From: Candidatus Limnocylindrales bacterium
Lineage (GTDB): Bacteria; Chloroflexota; Limnocylindria; Limnocylindrales; CSP1-4
Direction of reading: 5' to 3'
Length of the DNA stretch: 64,000 nucleotides
Assembly: GCA_038915815.1 (NCBI GenBank)
Contig: JBCLCL010000006.1
Location: 279-64,278, forward strand
Every line of letters starts with the position of its first letter. The first letter of the stretch is position 1. A model generated the notes under the pieces. It was not told the origin of the DNA. It did no database searches and was given only the letters and a program-made list of their open reading frames with translations. The position numbers and the translations under genes are program-made. Below are positions 62,547-64,000 of the stretch, in pieces.

Positions 62547-63529
62547 TGCGGTTCGGGCTGCGCCTGCCCAGCTTCGCGCTGGGCGACCGGACGGCCAGCC
62601 TGGCGGAGATGGGCGCCTACCTCCGACACGCGGAGGACCTCGGCTTCGAGAGCGCCATGCTGATCGACCATCTGCTCGTGGCGCCGCCGGCCTACCGGAC
62701 GACCTGGCTGGAGCCGATCTCCCTGCTGTCCGCCCTGGCCGGCGTCACCCGGACGATCCGGCTGGGGACCCTGGTCCTGGTCCTGCCCTTCCGGGATCCC
62801 GTCGCGTTCGCCAAGGAATGGGCGACCCTGGACGTCCTCTCCGGTGGGCGGTCCATCCTGGGGGTCGGCGTGGGCTGGCACGAGGGAGAGTTCGCGGCGC
62901 TGCGGATCCCGTTCCGCGAGCGCGGCCGCCGGATGAACGAGATGCTGGAGGCAGTCACCGCGCTGTGGGCCGGCGATCACGTCACGTACGAGGGCCAGTT
63001 CTACCGCTTCAGCGACCTCTCCCTGGAGCCCAGGCCAGTCCAGCGACCCCACCCACCGATCTGGATCGGTGGCGGCACGCAGCCGTCGGAGAAGGTCTAC
63101 GGCCAGCAGGTGAACGACATCCGGCCGGTCCTCCGGCGGATCGCGAAGTACGCCTCCACCTGGGTCCCACATTCGTCGGCGACCGCCGAGATGGTCGCCT
63201 CCGACTGGGCCGTCATCCGCGAGGAGATGATCGCGTTCGGGCGGGATCCGGACGAGATGACCAAGGTCTACTCGAACTTCATCCACGTGCTGCCGCCGGG
63301 TGGATCGCCGGCCGACGCCGGCGCGAAGTTCCGCGCCTTCTCCGGGATGGACCTGGAGTACTGGCAGGAGTTCTACCTGCTCGGCGAGGCGGAGGCCGTC
63401 GCCGAGCGGATCCGCGCCAAGATCGCGGCCCTCGGGGGCGTGGAGCAGGTGATCCTCAACCCGCTCGACTGGAGCCACGCGACGCTCGAGATGCTGGCGT
63501 CGGACGTCCTGCCGCTCATCGGGGACTAA
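62546..63529 (+). CDS. Luciferase-like monooxygenase (LLM class, probably F420- or FMN-dependent oxidoreductase)
   Basis: Contains MRFGLRLP...GFESAMLIDHL...LGTLVLVLPFRDPV...SGGRSILGVGVGW...HPPIWIGG. The ATG shares 1 nt with the upstream stop. Confidence 0.85.
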   Translation: MRFGLRLPSFALGDRTASLAEMGAYLRHAEDLGFESAMLIDHLLVAPPAYRTTWLEPISLLSALAGVTRTIRLGTLVLVLPFRDPVAFAKEWATLDVLSGGRSILGVGVGWHEGEFAALRIPFRERGRRMNEMLEAVTALWAGDHVTYEGQFYRFSDLSLEPRPVQRPHPPIWIGGGTQPSEKVYGQQVNDIRPVLRRIAKYASTWVPHSSATAEMVASDWAVIREEMIAFGRDPDEMTKVYSNFIHVLPPGGSPADAGAKFRAFSGMDLEYWQEFYLLGEAEAVAERIRAKIAALGGVEQVILNPLDWSHATLEMLASDVLPLIGD

Positions 63530-63536
63530 CGGGGCG

Positions 63537-64000
63537 GTGGCCAGCTACCTGCGCCCGGCGAGCCTGGACGAGGCGCTGGCCGCGCTCGTGGTCCTGCCGC
63601 GCACGCTGCTGGCCGGTGGCACGGACATCTATCCGGCTCGGGTGGGACGCTCGGTGAATGACGACATCCTGGATGTCACCGGGCTGCCGGACCTGCGCGA
63701 GATCGTGGTGCGGGACGGCGTCTGCCGGATCCCCGCGCTGGCCACCTGGACGGACCTCCTTCGCCACGACCTGCCGCCCCGCTTCGGCGGCCTGAAGGCG
63801 GCGGCGCGGGCCGTCGGCGGTGTCCAGATCCAGAACCGGGCCACGGTCTGTGGCAACGTCTGCAACGCCTCGCCCGCGGCGGACGGACTGCCGAACCTGA
63901 TGGCCCTGGACGCGCGGGTCGAGCTGGTCTCCGCCGCCGGGCGACGCCAGGTCCCGGTCGGCGAGTTCGTGATCGGCAACCGGAGGACCGTCCGGCGCGA
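63537..64000 (+). CDS. FAD-binding (medium) subunit of a xanthine-dehydrogenase/CO-dehydrogenase-family molybdoenzyme (partial, runs off the window end)
   Basis: My own translation from GTG 63537 gives VASYLRPASLDEALAAL...LLAGGTDIYPARV...IQNRATVCGNVCNASPAADGLPNLMALDARVEL. This is the CoxM/XdhB FAD_binding_5 signature. The ORF is not in the track because it has no stop inside the window. Confidence 0.75.
   Translation, partial: MASYLRPASLDEALAALVVLPRTLLAGGTDIYPARVGRSVNDDILDVTGLPDLREIVVRDGVCRIPALATWTDLLRHDLPPRFGGLKAAARAVGGVQIQNRATVCGNVCNASPAADGLPNLMALDARVELVSAAGRRQVPVGEFVIGNRRTVRR

Overview
This is a gene-dense, high-G+C bacterial chromosomal segment. The taxon cannot be named from the sequence alone. 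Many adjacent genes share 4-nt GTGA or ATGA stop/start overlaps, so most genes sit in tightly coupled operons. Long antisense ORFs in the six-frame track are G+C artefacts. In order, the window contains: (1) a PIN/VapC toxin gene; three consecutive beta-propeller lipoproteins (Asp-box/BNR, PD40/TolB-like, Kelch); a Fic gene that looks 5'-truncated; a VapC gene remnant; and an intact Phd-VapC module with a leaderless promoter and operator palindrome. (2) An ABC-transporter-dependent surface-glycan locus (7.3-22.3 kb) with WecB, a nucleotide-sugar dehydrogenase, five GT4 glycosyltransferases, a SAM methyltransferase, Wzm/Wzt-like transporter genes and an acyltransferase-3/SGNH protein. (3) Housekeeping genes: a PpiC-type PPIase, mazG, rph and rdgB. 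(4) A phospholipid operon (CDP-alcohol phosphatidyltransferase, cdsA, plsC, a DedA/YqaA-like protein). It converges on an unusual lipid-tailoring operon encoding an MBL hydrolase, an AMP-ligase/carrier/acyltransferase tri-domain fusion, a PaaK/F390-synthetase-like enzyme and a DUF3419/BtaA-like protein. (5) tRNA-Pro(UGG), a cold-shock gene, a VOC enzyme, a decayed lysE gene and a tRNA with anticodon UAU (Ile). (6) An SH3-tailed membrane protein, an orphan permuted N6/N4 DNA methyltransferase, a 12-nt tandem repeat array and a large LuxR/LAL regulator. (7) An AlaX editing protein. (8) The most interesting block: a nine-gene operon at 45.0-55.8 kb that looks lower in G+C. It encodes a radical SAM enzyme, an internally duplicated membrane protein, a UbiA-like enzyme, a rifampin-phosphotransferase-like enzyme, a second DUF3419/BtaA-like protein, a polyprenol-kinase/CdsA-superfamily protein, a GNAT-like protein and an adenylating enzyme. 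I interpret it as a candidate pathway for an undescribed membrane lipid or isoprenoid conjugate. (9) mgtC, pntAA-pntAB-pntB, cupin and VOC genes, and the start of an amidohydrolase/LLM/molybdo-flavoenzyme catabolic cluster. In addition, two roughly 200-bp intergenic elements share the same inverted AT-rich end motifs. They may be structured RNAs, MITEs or invertible segments. No CRISPR array, rRNA gene or recognisable transposase or integrase was seen.
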